64,000 nucleotides of DNA, taken from Bdellovibrionales bacterium (lineage in GTDB: Bacteria > Bdellovibrionota > Bdellovibrionia > Bdellovibrionales > UBA1609). Position numbers and translations under genes: made by a program. Shown here one piece after another: positions 49,092 to 58,376 of this stretch (its first letter is position 1; each line of letters begins with the position of its first letter). The notes beneath the pieces were generated by a model. It searched no databases, had not been told where the DNA came from, and worked only from the letters and a program-made list of their open reading frames with translations. The stretch spans positions 448,001 to 512,000 of the forward strand of contig CBDHDF010000010.1 of assembly GCA_965261545.1 (NCBI GenBank). The letters are read 5' to 3'.

Positions 49092-49895
49092 TTAGATGAT
49101 AAACTCGATACCAATATTGAGAAAAATGGGAAAATAAAAAACACTATCTAAATCACGACTGGAAACAGGAGGGTCTCCTACCTGTAAGTCTGGATTATCC
49201 TGGATAGGGTTGGGTCCCTCATAAACAATAAGTCTTAAGTCTCCACGTACAGCCATTCTTTTGTTTAAATAAAATTTTTGCCCAAAACCTACACTCAAGG
49301 CATAGGAATCTAAATCACTAAAAGAAACTGTACCCGCCCCCAGCAAACCATAAAGAGCCAAGTTCATCACTGAATATTTTGAGAAACTCACTTTTCCATA
49401 GTAGGCCATGAGTTGATATTCACCCAAGACCATACGCTCTAGAGTCGGCGCCAAGCTCGCGTCAAAAGTATCAGGCTCAATACCGCGCCCCGCCTTAAGC
49501 TCTTGCCCCATCTCTGAAAGACCCTGCATAACATGAATATAAGTTAAGCCAACAGCATGGGTCTCAGAAAAGTTATAATGAAGATCCACATGGAAATTCT
49601 GCTTGTTATAAAGAGCGTCTTGAAGATTAAGACCTGCGCCAAGCCCCACCTCCAAATGTGACTTCAATACAATATTTCTGTTTTGAACAAATGATGTGGC
49701 ATTAAAGCGTGGTAGAACTGTCTCACGAGCCAATTCCTCTTCAGGAAACTCAATCGTCTCCCCCCCCACTGTGCAACACACCAAAAGCAAAAGAACGGCG
49801 ACACCAAAAACAGGCCCCCAAAAGAGGCTTTCCATCCGTGTTCTTCTTCTCTGCATCAACCCTACCCCTTCTTCTTTATCAAATTTCTTTATCAA
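49092..49895 (-). CDS. Outer-membrane beta-barrel protein (GltA/B-like); true start probably ~40-60 nt downstream
   Basis: EELARETVLPRF, VQNRNI, YYGKVSFSK, GFGQKFYL, C-terminal aromatic beta strand. Confidence 0.78.
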   Translation of the reverse strand: MIKKFDKEEGVGLMQRRRTRMESLFWGPVFGVAVLLLLVCCTVGGETIEFPEEELARETVLPRFNATSFVQNRNIVLKSHLEVGLGAGLNLQDALYNKQNFHVDLHYNFSETHAVGLTYIHVMQGLSEMGQELKAGRGIEPDTFDASLAPTLERMVLGEYQLMAYYGKVSFSKYSVMNLALYGLLGAGTVSFSDLDSYALSVGFGQKFYLNKRMAVRGDLRLIVYEGPNPIQDNPDLQVGDPPVSSRDLDSVFYFPIFLNIGIEFII

Positions 49896-50176
49896 AGCAA
49901 AATAAATGATCTCCTAGAAAATCCACCAAACTCTCACTATCATCCTCTCATGAAATTCAAAGAGGTGAATAAAGTGCTCCGAGTTGACTCCTTAGCACAT
50001 ATGATAAAGGGACAATATTTAAATGACTAATACCATTCCATACTGACTAGACTCAAGTCAGAGCATTTAATTTGATTCTAGCCTTTAGGAAAGCTTCTAA
50101 AACACCAAATCGCTCTTATTTGCAAATCAAGATGAACATAAAATGAAAAATTGACTAGGTGGAGAGAGTGAAAAAT

Positions 50177-50251
50177 TGGCTCAGGTGGAGGGATTCGAAC
50201 CCCCGACCGGGTGATTAACAGTCACCTGCTCTACCACTGAGCTACACCTGA
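50177..50251 (-). tRNA. trnN: tRNA-Asn (GTT) with encoded CCA
   Basis: Minus strand TCAGGTG TA GCTC AGTGGTA GAGC A GGTGA CT GTT AA TCACC CGGTC GGGGG TTCGAAT CCCTC CACCTGA G CCA. Confidence 0.98.
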
Positions 50252-50484
50252 ACACACTCACAATGCAATCAACAACTCATCTCACTTTCTTAACGAGCAT
50301 AGTATTGAAAACCCAGACAAAACCTTTAATTAGATAGTGAGATATAAAAAATATGAAAAAACCTAGGTATCAAGCTACAGGAAGCTTCTATCACAGAAAA
50401 GCTCTTTTTCAAGAATTCTTCGTATTTTATGGAAAGGCTCGTCAACTCTCTCTTGATTCCCTCAGCAAGTCCACCAAGGCTCCC

Positions 50485-51072
50485 TCACTCAGGCATGGCA
50501 CCCTTCTCTAACGGCAGCACCGGGGAGTTTGAAATCTTGGCAAGCTCATTGAGAGCCAGCTTAAGTTGAGGGGAGCGAAAAACTTGCCCCCTCCACCCAT
50601 AAATGTTGGGCCCTTGCCTTAAAAGACGCTCCGGTGTACCTTTGATAAAGTGGACAATCAATGCTGTGCGAAAATTCTTCTCCCTATGCCCCTCAAGCAC
50701 AGGCGTCATTCTTAGGGAGCAATGTTTGCCAAACCACTTCTCCATGGCTAAAAAGTCAATTTTCCTTGGGGCTCCAAGTAGGTTTGAAGCTTGAAGCGCT
50801 CCTGAATGCTCCATGTGAGAAACAAACCACTTAAGCTCACTCTGATAAATCTTAAAGCTCTGTGGCTTTTCTATACTCTGCACTCGGGTTTCGCACCATG
50901 TTAATTGACTGGTAGACTTGCCCCCCCCTTGGCCTAAAGTGGGAGAAGAAAATCCCAAAATCGCCAAAACGGAGGGAGGGAGTCCAGAATTTTTCATTTG
51001 AAAAATCACGTAAAGAGACAGTCCCAGGCACAAAATAAGAAAATTTGCTCTCAAAATCCAAGGTAAACTCAT
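50485..51072 (-). CDS. Hypothetical membrane-anchored protein
   Basis: Start set at MSLPWIL after GAGGGG; TM helix; WCETRV and EKWFGKHC motifs; family not recognised. Confidence 0.7.
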   Translation of the reverse strand: MSLPWILRANFLILCLGLSLYVIFQMKNSGLPPSVLAILGFSSPTLGQGGGKSTSQLTWCETRVQSIEKPQSFKIYQSELKWFVSHMEHSGALQASNLLGAPRKIDFLAMEKWFGKHCSLRMTPVLEGHREKNFRTALIVHFIKGTPERLLRQGPNIYGWRGQVFRSPQLKLALNELAKISNSPVLPLEKGAMPE

Positions 51073-51394
51073 ACGCCCCCTCCCCTCGACAGCCATGGAA
51101 GTCAAGTAGACAGCCTTGGGAACCAAATCAACAACCATGGACAACCATGAAATTGACAGCAAACCCTATCCAAAAAAAATCAAGCTGAAACCCACGACAC
51201 TTCTTTAACAAAAGAATTTTTTTCAATCAACCTCATAAAAAACAAAGAAAGCCTGTTCGCTGAAAATTTCCTTTTTTTGACTACAATGAAGACAAAAAGT
51301 CTAGGTTGTACATTTTTTACCCAAATGAGGTCAAAAAAACATTTTTTCTATATGCGTTAAGTCCCTAACATTTCTCGATTTGAGTCTGAGACAC

Positions 51395-51411
51395 TTGGCC
51401 TATGAATTGCA
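51395..51411 (+). promoter_or_regulatory. Sigma-54 (-24/-12) promoter of the vWA lipoprotein gene
   Basis: TTGGCCTATGAATTGCA has exact GG-N10-GC spacing, ~30 nt before the start codon. Confidence 0.6.
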
Positions 51412-51442
51412 TCCTCAGTCATAGGTAATGGAGGGTCTGTAT

Positions 51443-53065
51443 ATGAGTCAAATTAAATTACTTTCATATTTCTTATTCTTACCACTGTCCTTAAGTCTCT
51501 ATGGATGTGCCGATGTCGAACTAAGCTCAAAGCCATCCCCCCCCCCCATTTCAGTCTCTTCAAAAGATAAATTTTGCATTGCCGATCCAGCCAAGCAATT
51601 CTCAACAATGAAAATTATGTTTGTCGTGGACATCTCGGGCAGCAACCAATCTACAGATCCCTCTGGAAAAAGGCGAAGCCATGGCATCAAGAAGTTTGTT
51701 GAAAACCTAGAAGCTCTGCAAGGAAGGCGCCCCCAGTACGGGTTGATTGCTTTTGCCAGCAAGGCATACGCTCTCATTAATGAAGGCGGAGATATCACAA
51801 AACCAAGATTTATCAAAAGTGCCCAAGCTATCTACCAAGCCGCCAGAGCCATTCAAAAAAAGCCTTTTATTCGTGCTGGAGGCACTGTCTACAAGACTGC
51901 CCTTCAAATGGTACAACAAGCCATCGATGACGACATTCAAAGGTTCCCCGAACAAAGGGCCAACTATGCTATCTTTTTTGTTTCAGATGGCGCCCCTTCA
52001 GATAGCTTCAAAAAGTCCCATATTTTAAATGTTATCAATACAGGAAATCGAAATATCTACCTGAGCACAGCCTACTATGGCAATGTAGGTCGACGGGCTC
52101 AAGATATATTGAAGAAAATGGCGACATGGGGCAATGGAAATTATATCAACTTTGAAAAAGGACACTCTTGGGATTTAAATCGACTCTTAGTCAGACCCGA
52201 TGTTATTCCATGGAGCCTTAAAGAGTTTTTAGTTTACAACCTCAACGCAGGCTTTTGCTTAGATGGCGAAATTGATGTGGACTCCGATGTGGATGGTATG
52301 TGCGATCGTGACGAAGAAACTTTGAATCACGTGTATGCCAAAGAACTTAAAGCAGAGGGGAACACCTTCGATCCCTCAAACCGATTTAGTTTTGGAGACG
52401 GCTATGGAGACTTCTTTCACTGGCTTCGCTTTAAATATCCAGGAACAAAGCTTATACCCTGCATGAATCGCTCCGATCAGGATTTTGACTTACTGACAGC
52501 CTGTGAAGAAGGTGAGATTCAAAATTATAATAATAATGCCCCCTTCAAAAAAGCCAACCCTCTATATTTTGATACAGACAAAGATGGACTTCTTGATGGC
52601 ATTGAAACATTTGTTTATTTTGCTTCACCGAACACGGGCCAAAGCACTCGCTATACAGCCCCCTTAGATAGTGAAAACCTTGAAGACAATCCCGATGGAG
52701 AGGAAAGTGTACTCACTCAAATCCAACAACACCGCAACCCATGGTTCAAAGACCCCCATGCGGAAGCCTATAACACTAAACTTACTCCCTTAAATAGCAA
52801 AAAAGGAGACTGCTATGAGTTTCACCAATCTGTTCTACCTCTCTACAAGACCCTCCCTGTAAAGGAGGAAAATACTCTCAAGGGTTTAGGGCATGGAGAA
52901 GGAGAAAACTCTATTCTTATTTACTACATACAAATTCCCCAGAAAGAGCCGGATAGCCATGGAGTGCTTCAACACAGTGTGCAAAAAATACCTTTTGGCC
53001 CCTTAAGCCAAGGACTTAAAGTAAGCAAGGGCCAGTTTCAACAATATATAGCCCCCAAGGAATAA
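51443..53065 (+). CDS. CglB-like vWA-domain lipoprotein (candidate gliding adhesin)
   Basis: Lipobox LYGC; MIDAS DISGS...GGT...SDG; Ca-binding repeats DSDVDGMCD, DQDFDLLTACEE, DTDKDGLLDGIE; several Cys. Confidence 0.72.
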   Translation: MSQIKLLSYFLFLPLSLSLYGCADVELSSKPSPPPISVSSKDKFCIADPAKQFSTMKIMFVVDISGSNQSTDPSGKRRSHGIKKFVENLEALQGRRPQYGLIAFASKAYALINEGGDITKPRFIKSAQAIYQAARAIQKKPFIRAGGTVYKTALQMVQQAIDDDIQRFPEQRANYAIFFVSDGAPSDSFKKSHILNVINTGNRNIYLSTAYYGNVGRRAQDILKKMATWGNGNYINFEKGHSWDLNRLLVRPDVIPWSLKEFLVYNLNAGFCLDGEIDVDSDVDGMCDRDEETLNHVYAKELKAEGNTFDPSNRFSFGDGYGDFFHWLRFKYPGTKLIPCMNRSDQDFDLLTACEEGEIQNYNNNAPFKKANPLYFDTDKDGLLDGIETFVYFASPNTGQSTRYTAPLDSENLEDNPDGEESVLTQIQQHRNPWFKDPHAEAYNTKLTPLNSKKGDCYEFHQSVLPLYKTLPVKEENTLKGLGHGEGENSILIYYIQIPQKEPDSHGVLQHSVQKIPFGPLSQGLKVSKGQFQQYIAPKE

Positions 53066-53222
53066 GGCTGGCTATATTAAGATAGCGACTCCCACCCACC
53101 ACCCCTCTATAACGCAGGATAAATATAAATAAAGCCTGTGCTTCTGGAGTCGCCCCATAAAGTCGTCTCTCTGAAGTGGAAATGAAATGAATGTGAAGCA
53201 GCCGCATTGCTATCTAAGAAAT

Positions 53223-53789
53223 CTAGCCGCCAGTCCCCGAGTCTTCACGAACGGCAAAGTTAATACCTGTAAATCCCTCTGAAATAAGTATATTCATGAC
53301 TCTCTTTATATAGAGAATAGGAGTGCCTTGATCCGCCTGAATATTGATTTGAGTTTTGGGCTTAAGTCCTGCAAGTGCAAGGTTGGTTTGAAGTTGCTTT
53401 AAGTGCTGAAGGGCCGCCACCAATTTGGGCATGTGAGGAGATATAGTCACTTCTGTGGAATGGGATCCCACAATCTCTGAATCCAGAGAAACTGTTTGAC
53501 TGGTAATAGAAATGAGGGGAAGAGACTCTAATGGAAGGGCGTAAAGTGCTTTGGGAAGAGTAATATCTTTATTGACAAAGAAAGCCTCCCCAGTCGCTGA
53601 AAAATTTAGTAATAAAAAGATCACCAGCATGGAGAACATATCAATCATGGAGGTCAATGGGAGCACAACATCCAGGTCTTTACCCTCTTGGGAGGATAAA
53701 CGTTCTCGAAGCTTAGGCAGGTCATACTTAGGCCGAATATGATAGCCCGGCGGTTGAATAGTGCGACGATGAGCGCCTTGGATTTCCAT
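53223..53789 (-). CDS. ExbD/TolR-family protein (second AglS-like)
   Basis: LPLTSMIDMFSMLVIFLL, NIQAD. Confidence 0.85.
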   Translation of the reverse strand: MEIQGAHRRTIQPPGYHIRPKYDLPKLRERLSSQEGKDLDVVLPLTSMIDMFSMLVIFLLLNFSATGEAFFVNKDITLPKALYALPLESLPLISITSQTVSLDSEIVGSHSTEVTISPHMPKLVAALQHLKQLQTNLALAGLKPKTQINIQADQGTPILYIKRVMNILISEGFTGINFAVREDSGTGG

Positions 53790-54223
53790 TATTGTGTATT
53801 AACTCCTACATCAGGCCAACCATTTCCCGCAAGGGTGTCAAAGACAACAATAAGTTGCTTATAAGTGACCGAATTTTCAGTATTAAGAATCACATCCGTT
53901 TTTTGGGGATGCCTTTGCTTCCACTGGTTAAGAACCTGAACCAGTCTCATCTTATCAATTTGATCTCCACTGACGTGGGGTATATGGATGGGTTTTTCAT
54001 TTTCAGACATTTCAAGGCCACGAAATAAAATCGTCACATGAAGACTCACGCTTTTTTGGTCTTTTGTGGAAGGACTATCCGAAGACGTGGCGGCAGAAGT
54101 GTCCGTAGAAAGAACAACAATATGATTCCATACTGCTGTAAGCAGCAGCATGACCACAAGAAGAGCAAATAGCCCTATAAAAGGAGTCATATTTAATTCA
54201 ACATTGACTTTCTTTTTGGCCAT
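53789..54223 (-). CDS. ExbD/TolR-family protein (second AglQ-like); TM Asp replaced by Gly
   Basis: ELNMTPFIGLFALLVVMLLLTAVW. Confidence 0.82.
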   Translation of the reverse strand: MAKKKVNVELNMTPFIGLFALLVVMLLLTAVWNHIVVLSTDTSAATSSDSPSTKDQKSVSLHVTILFRGLEMSENEKPIHIPHVSGDQIDKMRLVQVLNQWKQRHPQKTDVILNTENSVTYKQLIVVFDTLAGNGWPDVGVNTQ

Positions 54224-54287
54224 ATAAAACTCTGTTTACCATATTATTTCAGCATTGTTTCTATTGTTTCATCTCCAAATTGTCTCT

Positions 54288-54932
54288 TTAGTATCCTAGC
54301 TTTTTCTTGTTAGCTAAAACCAAATTCAAAGTTGTAACACTGGACTCATGAATATCATCAATCATATTTTGAGCCATGGAACTCAGATAACCAAAGGCTC
54401 CCAAAAGAGGAATGGCAACAATCAAACCAAAGGCGGTAGTATTCATAGCCGTTGCAATAGAATTAGAAAGAAGAGTTGCTTTTTCTGCCGGAGCCACATT
54501 GGCCACAGCGGCAAATGCCCCAATGAGGCCAGTCACAGTTCCCAAGAGGCCCAGAAGCGTCGCTATGTTGGAAAGGGTGGCCAAAAGTCCAATTCTTTTC
54601 TCAAGAAGTGGAACCTCTCTTAAAGCAATGGCATCCATGGCCGTTTGTACCTCCTCAGAGTCCCCATGATTCATCACCGACGTTAAACCTGCTCGAATGA
54701 TATTGGTCAAAGGATTTTGGATCTGAGCAGTGACTGCCAAAGCTTTTTTTATATCCCCTTGGAGAATATAACTATTAATATGATTGAGCAGTTCATCTTT
54801 TTTTACCTTAGAAGCAGCGAGAAGAACAAGGAGGCGCTCCACACCAATCGCTATTCCCACGAGAGAACACACTAAAATAATGTGCATAAACATTCCACCC
54901 TTTGAATATTGAGCAGCCAAATCTGATAGCAT
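54288..54932 (-). CDS. MotA/TolQ/ExbB proton-channel protein (second AglR-like)
   Basis: ATLLGLLGTVTGLIGAF, AMNTTAFGL. Confidence 0.9.
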   Translation of the reverse strand: MLSDLAAQYSKGGMFMHIILVCSLVGIAIGVERLLVLLAASKVKKDELLNHINSYILQGDIKKALAVTAQIQNPLTNIIRAGLTSVMNHGDSEEVQTAMDAIALREVPLLEKRIGLLATLSNIATLLGLLGTVTGLIGAFAAVANVAPAEKATLLSNSIATAMNTTAFGLIVAIPLLGAFGYLSSMAQNMIDDIHESSVTTLNLVLANKKKLGY

Positions 54933-55123
54933 GGAAACCTCCTTATGCTACATTCGTATTTGATTATATACTACAATACTACAATATTTTTATTTATAAA
55001 TGTATTTATCTAATTCAATTTAGACTACCTTAAGTAGTGATCTAAGAAAAATAATTGGACATTGGTATAGACTCACCGGCATACATAACAATAATACATA
55101 ATATACATTAAGAGATACCATCA

Positions 55124-55139
55124 TGCAATCATAACGCCC
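55124..55139 (-). promoter_or_regulatory. Possible sigma-54 promoter of the second motor operon
   Basis: Minus strand GGGCGTTATGATTGCA has GG-N10-GC spacing. Confidence 0.4.
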
Positions 55140-55250
55140 CACAACCTACGACAAAACCTCATACAGTATCTCAAATGCTTATTTAATTTGCCGGCTCTAA
55201 TTCTCTTAAGCTTGTATTTTTAACTATTATCTATTAAATTCATTATACAC

Positions 55251-57266
55251 ATGCCACTTTACTTAAAAAATGCTAAAAAACCACCACAACCAAGGGGGAC
55301 GTGTATGACTGCAAGTATGACCAAAAAAGCAACAACTCTCGCTGTAATTACAATAAGAGTTATTTGTTTAAATTTAGTTATGTTAGGTATAGGTTTTTGT
55401 TTGATTTTCTCTGGAAAATCCGCCCATGCCGAAAAATATATTTTAACTATGAAAACTCAGAAGGATTTTGCAAGGGTCTGGAATGAACTCAAAAAGACAG
55501 GTCACTCTACAACTAAAAATCATATTTCTTTCTTAGGACTCCCAGTGAAGAAGGTTGTGAGTCTCAAACACCTTGAAATATTTATTCTTGAATCCAAGAC
55601 AAATATAATATCAACACTTCAAAATAAACCTGGTGTTCATAGAGTTGAAAAAAATATTATTTTTCAAGGCCTAGACCCTAGGTTTAAAGAAAAAATTATT
55701 TCTAATATCCATACTTCTTTCAACAATACTCCTGTCCACAATAGAAATGGCCAAGGGGTATGGGGTGATAATAAAAAGTTGAACAAACACCCTCTCCCCT
55801 CCCAAATCCATTTTTTCTCCCTCCCCCATCTCTTAGAAGAGGCCCCCCCTCCCTTAACATGGGGACTGAGGTCCATTCATGCAAGCAAGGCTTGGGCCCA
55901 TAGCCAAGGAACCAACGTAAAAGTTCTTGTCATAGACACAGGTGTCGATAAAGACCACATCGAGCTTGAGGGAAAAGTTGAAAAGGGAGCTAACTTCTAC
56001 CAAGATGATTCTAAAGATGTTCCCTACCCCTACTATGATGACCATGGTCATGGGACCCACGTTGCAGGAACAGTGGTCGGAACAACTGTCGGCGTCGCCC
56101 CAAAAGCAAAACTCCTATCAGCTAAAGTTTGTGGTTTCTCTGGACGCTGCGATCTTGCTGCTATGCTCGCCTCTATCAACTGGGGAGTGGAAGAAAAAGT
56201 GGATGTGATCAATATTTCTATAGGAGGCCCCCGCGCCAGCGAAGCAGAAAGGGTCGCCTATGCAAAAGTTACTGAAGCCGGAGTTTTTGTGGTTGCCGCT
56301 GCGGGAAATAGCGGCACCCCCGACCTCGCCTATCCGGCTCGTTTTGAATCCGTATTTAGTGTCGGAGCCATCAATGAAAAGATGGAGAAGGCTCGCTTTT
56401 CACAATATGGCCCTGACTTAAACCTTGTCGCCCCCGGGGAATCCATTAAGTCAAGTACTCCAGGAGAGGCCCCCAGTTCCACACTGCAAGTCGATGGCTT
56501 TGGTGAAGTTGAAAACGTAGCGGCTATTGGTACGAATGTTCCAGAGGCCCCTGTTCAAGGCCCATTGGTTCATATTGGCTACGGACAAGAATCCGATGTA
56601 AAAGACTTAGACCTCACAGGTAAAGTCGCTCTCATTTCTCGTGGAAAACTATCCTTTCTTAAAAAAGTCCAAAATGCCATAAGCAAAGGAGCCATCGGAG
56701 TGATTATTCACAATAACACCACGGGCCTGATGGTCCCGACTCTCGATAAAAAAAATCCTGTGAGCATACCTGTGGTTTCCATTGGGCAAAGTGACGGAGA
56801 AAATATTCGCACTCAATTAGATCAAGAAATTGTGGTGAATACGTCCATTGCCATAGTACTAAAACCTGCCTATGAATATTACAGTGGAACCTCCATGTCT
56901 AGCCCCCATGTGACAGGTGTGGCAGCCTTAATTAAATCCGCTTATACAGGTCTTAAAGAAAAAGATATTAAGGACATTCTTTTGAAAACAGCGACGGACC
57001 TCATGGATACCAATAAGTTTGGCGCAGGACTCGTCAATGCAGAGGCCGCAGTCATAGAAGCTATAAAGCGAAAAGAAGAGGGCGAGAAGCAGCCTCCCGA
57101 CGAAGGCGAAACTCCTCCAGATGAGAGCGAAACTCCTCCAGATGAGGGCGAGACTCCTCCAGATGAGGGCAAGACCCCTCCAGATGAGGGCGAAACTCCT
57201 CCAGATGAGGGCGAGACCCCTCCAGATGAGGGCGAGACTCCTCCAGATGAGGGCGAGGGAAATTAA
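55251..57266 (+). CDS. S8 subtilase with PA domain and acidic repeat tail; start uncertain
   Basis: VIDTG, HGHGTHVAGT, AAAGNSG, PA insert (GKVALISRG), SGTSMSSPHVTG. Confidence 0.93.
   Translation: MPLYLKNAKKPPQPRGTCMTASMTKKATTLAVITIRVICLNLVMLGIGFCLIFSGKSAHAEKYILTMKTQKDFARVWNELKKTGHSTTKNHISFLGLPVKKVVSLKHLEIFILESKTNIISTLQNKPGVHRVEKNIIFQGLDPRFKEKIISNIHTSFNNTPVHNRNGQGVWGDNKKLNKHPLPSQIHFFSLPHLLEEAPPPLTWGLRSIHASKAWAHSQGTNVKVLVIDTGVDKDHIELEGKVEKGANFYQDDSKDVPYPYYDDHGHGTHVAGTVVGTTVGVAPKAKLLSAKVCGFSGRCDLAAMLASINWGVEEKVDVINISIGGPRASEAERVAYAKVTEAGVFVVAAAGNSGTPDLAYPARFESVFSVGAINEKMEKARFSQYGPDLNLVAPGESIKSSTPGEAPSSTLQVDGFGEVENVAAIGTNVPEAPVQGPLVHIGYGQESDVKDLDLTGKVALISRGKLSFLKKVQNAISKGAIGVIIHNNTTGLMVPTLDKKNPVSIPVVSIGQSDGENIRTQLDQEIVVNTSIAIVLKPAYEYYSGTSMSSPHVTGVAALIKSAYTGLKEKDIKDILLKTATDLMDTNKFGAGLVNAEAAVIEAIKRKEEGEKQPPDEGETPPDESETPPDEGETPPDEGKTPPDEGETPPDEGETPPDEGETPPDEGEGN
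57093..57260 (+). repeat. Eight copies of a 21-bp coding repeat (PPDEGET)
   Basis: CCTCCAGATGAGGGCGAGACT variants. Confidence 0.95.
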
Positions 57267-57268
57267 TC

Positions 57269-57950
57269 TTGACTCAATTACAATTTTTTACAAAATGGAC
57301 TTTTTCTAGCATCATCCATTTGTCTCATCATTATCAATGCTTTGGGCTGTGGAGATGGAGAGAAAAATCAATACGAATCACCCTTCAGCGATCCCTCTAC
57401 TTCTTTTATCTCTGTATGGCGGCTTGACAACGACAACGAGTCCATCACTCTTCCCTTACGCTCAGGCTATGATTATAATTTTACGGTGGATTGAGGTGAT
57501 GGCTCTTCCAACGAAATCACAGCCCATGATGACAGCGACATCACCCACACCTACACAAAGGTTGGAGATTACACTGTCATCATCTCAGGAGAGCTTGAAT
57601 CTTGGTTTTTCAACAACAGTGGGAGCAAAGATAAGATCATTTCTGTAAAGAATCTGGGAAATATGGGATGGACCAACTTGGAGGGAGCCTTTGAGGGCTG
57701 CAGTGAGCTCGTAGAAGTCATTGGAGGCAACACCTCTCGTGTGACAAATATAAATCGCATGTTTAAAGGGGCCACCTCCATAAAAAATATTGACTTCACT
57801 CCATGGGATTTCGCCCGTGTGACAGAGATAAATGAAACTTTCAGCGACTTCACACTTGCTACAAGGGTTTATAACACCCTACTTCATCGACTCCTGAGAC
57901 CTCCACTCAAGAAAATATTACCTTAGATGTGGGTAGCTCTAAGTACGACA
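57269..57950 (+). pseudogene. DUF285/BspA-like surface lipoprotein pseudogene
   Basis: One frame reads NALGC...SFISVWRL...ITLPLRSGYDYNFTVD*GDG...HTY...GWTNLEGAFEGC; TGA at 57492-57494 where Trp is expected; frameshift near 57895 before ENITLDVGSSKY; truncated at ~57950. Confidence 0.85.
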
Positions 57951-57954
57951 CAAT

Positions 57955-58368
57955 GCCATTCGTCTATGAAAAAGTATGTCAAGAAAATATACCTATCCAT
58001 GTTGCAAAAAATTACCATCTTTTGCTGCATACGGTCACCCGTCCTTCCGAAATCTCTCACCAAGTTCTTTCTAGCACTTCTTCTTCATGGTTAATGGCTT
58101 TTTATTTACATCTCTAAAACAACATATTCCTATGATTCGTCTATTTGGACACTCTTAATTCAAGACCGGTTGGAAAATGCTCCTTCCTACAATCTTCAAT
58201 TTGGGTCATCGTAAATGTTAAGGAATAGAGGACGTACTAATCGTTTAAATGAACCTTTATGGCTATCGAATGGATTGAGCTATCTATCCTCACCTCATAA
58301 TAAAGTCATTGTCTACTTTTCGCTATATGCTTAAAGAACTACTGAGATTTTTATGAGGCTGTTTTAAT
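57955..58368 (-). mobile_element. IS110-family 3' end: last codons of the transposase plus right-end non-coding region
   Basis: Removing the IS256 lets the transposase frame continue ...YRKYKNVKY-IKTAS* (stop at 58353-58351); end-like motifs CTTGAATTAAGAGTGTCCAAATAGACGAAT and CTTGACATACTTTTTCATAGACGAAT. Confidence 0.6.
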
Positions 58369-58376
58369 ATATTTTA

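Noticed and set aside
50177..50251. tRNA-Asn as an attachment site for an integrated island
   Set aside because: No integrase and no duplicated tRNA 3' end were seen in the window.
57492..57494. TGA read as Trp (alternative genetic code) or Sec in the DUF285 gene
   Set aside because: TGA is a normal stop for xseB, mfd and obgE, and the same gene has other lesions, so a nonsense mutation is simpler.
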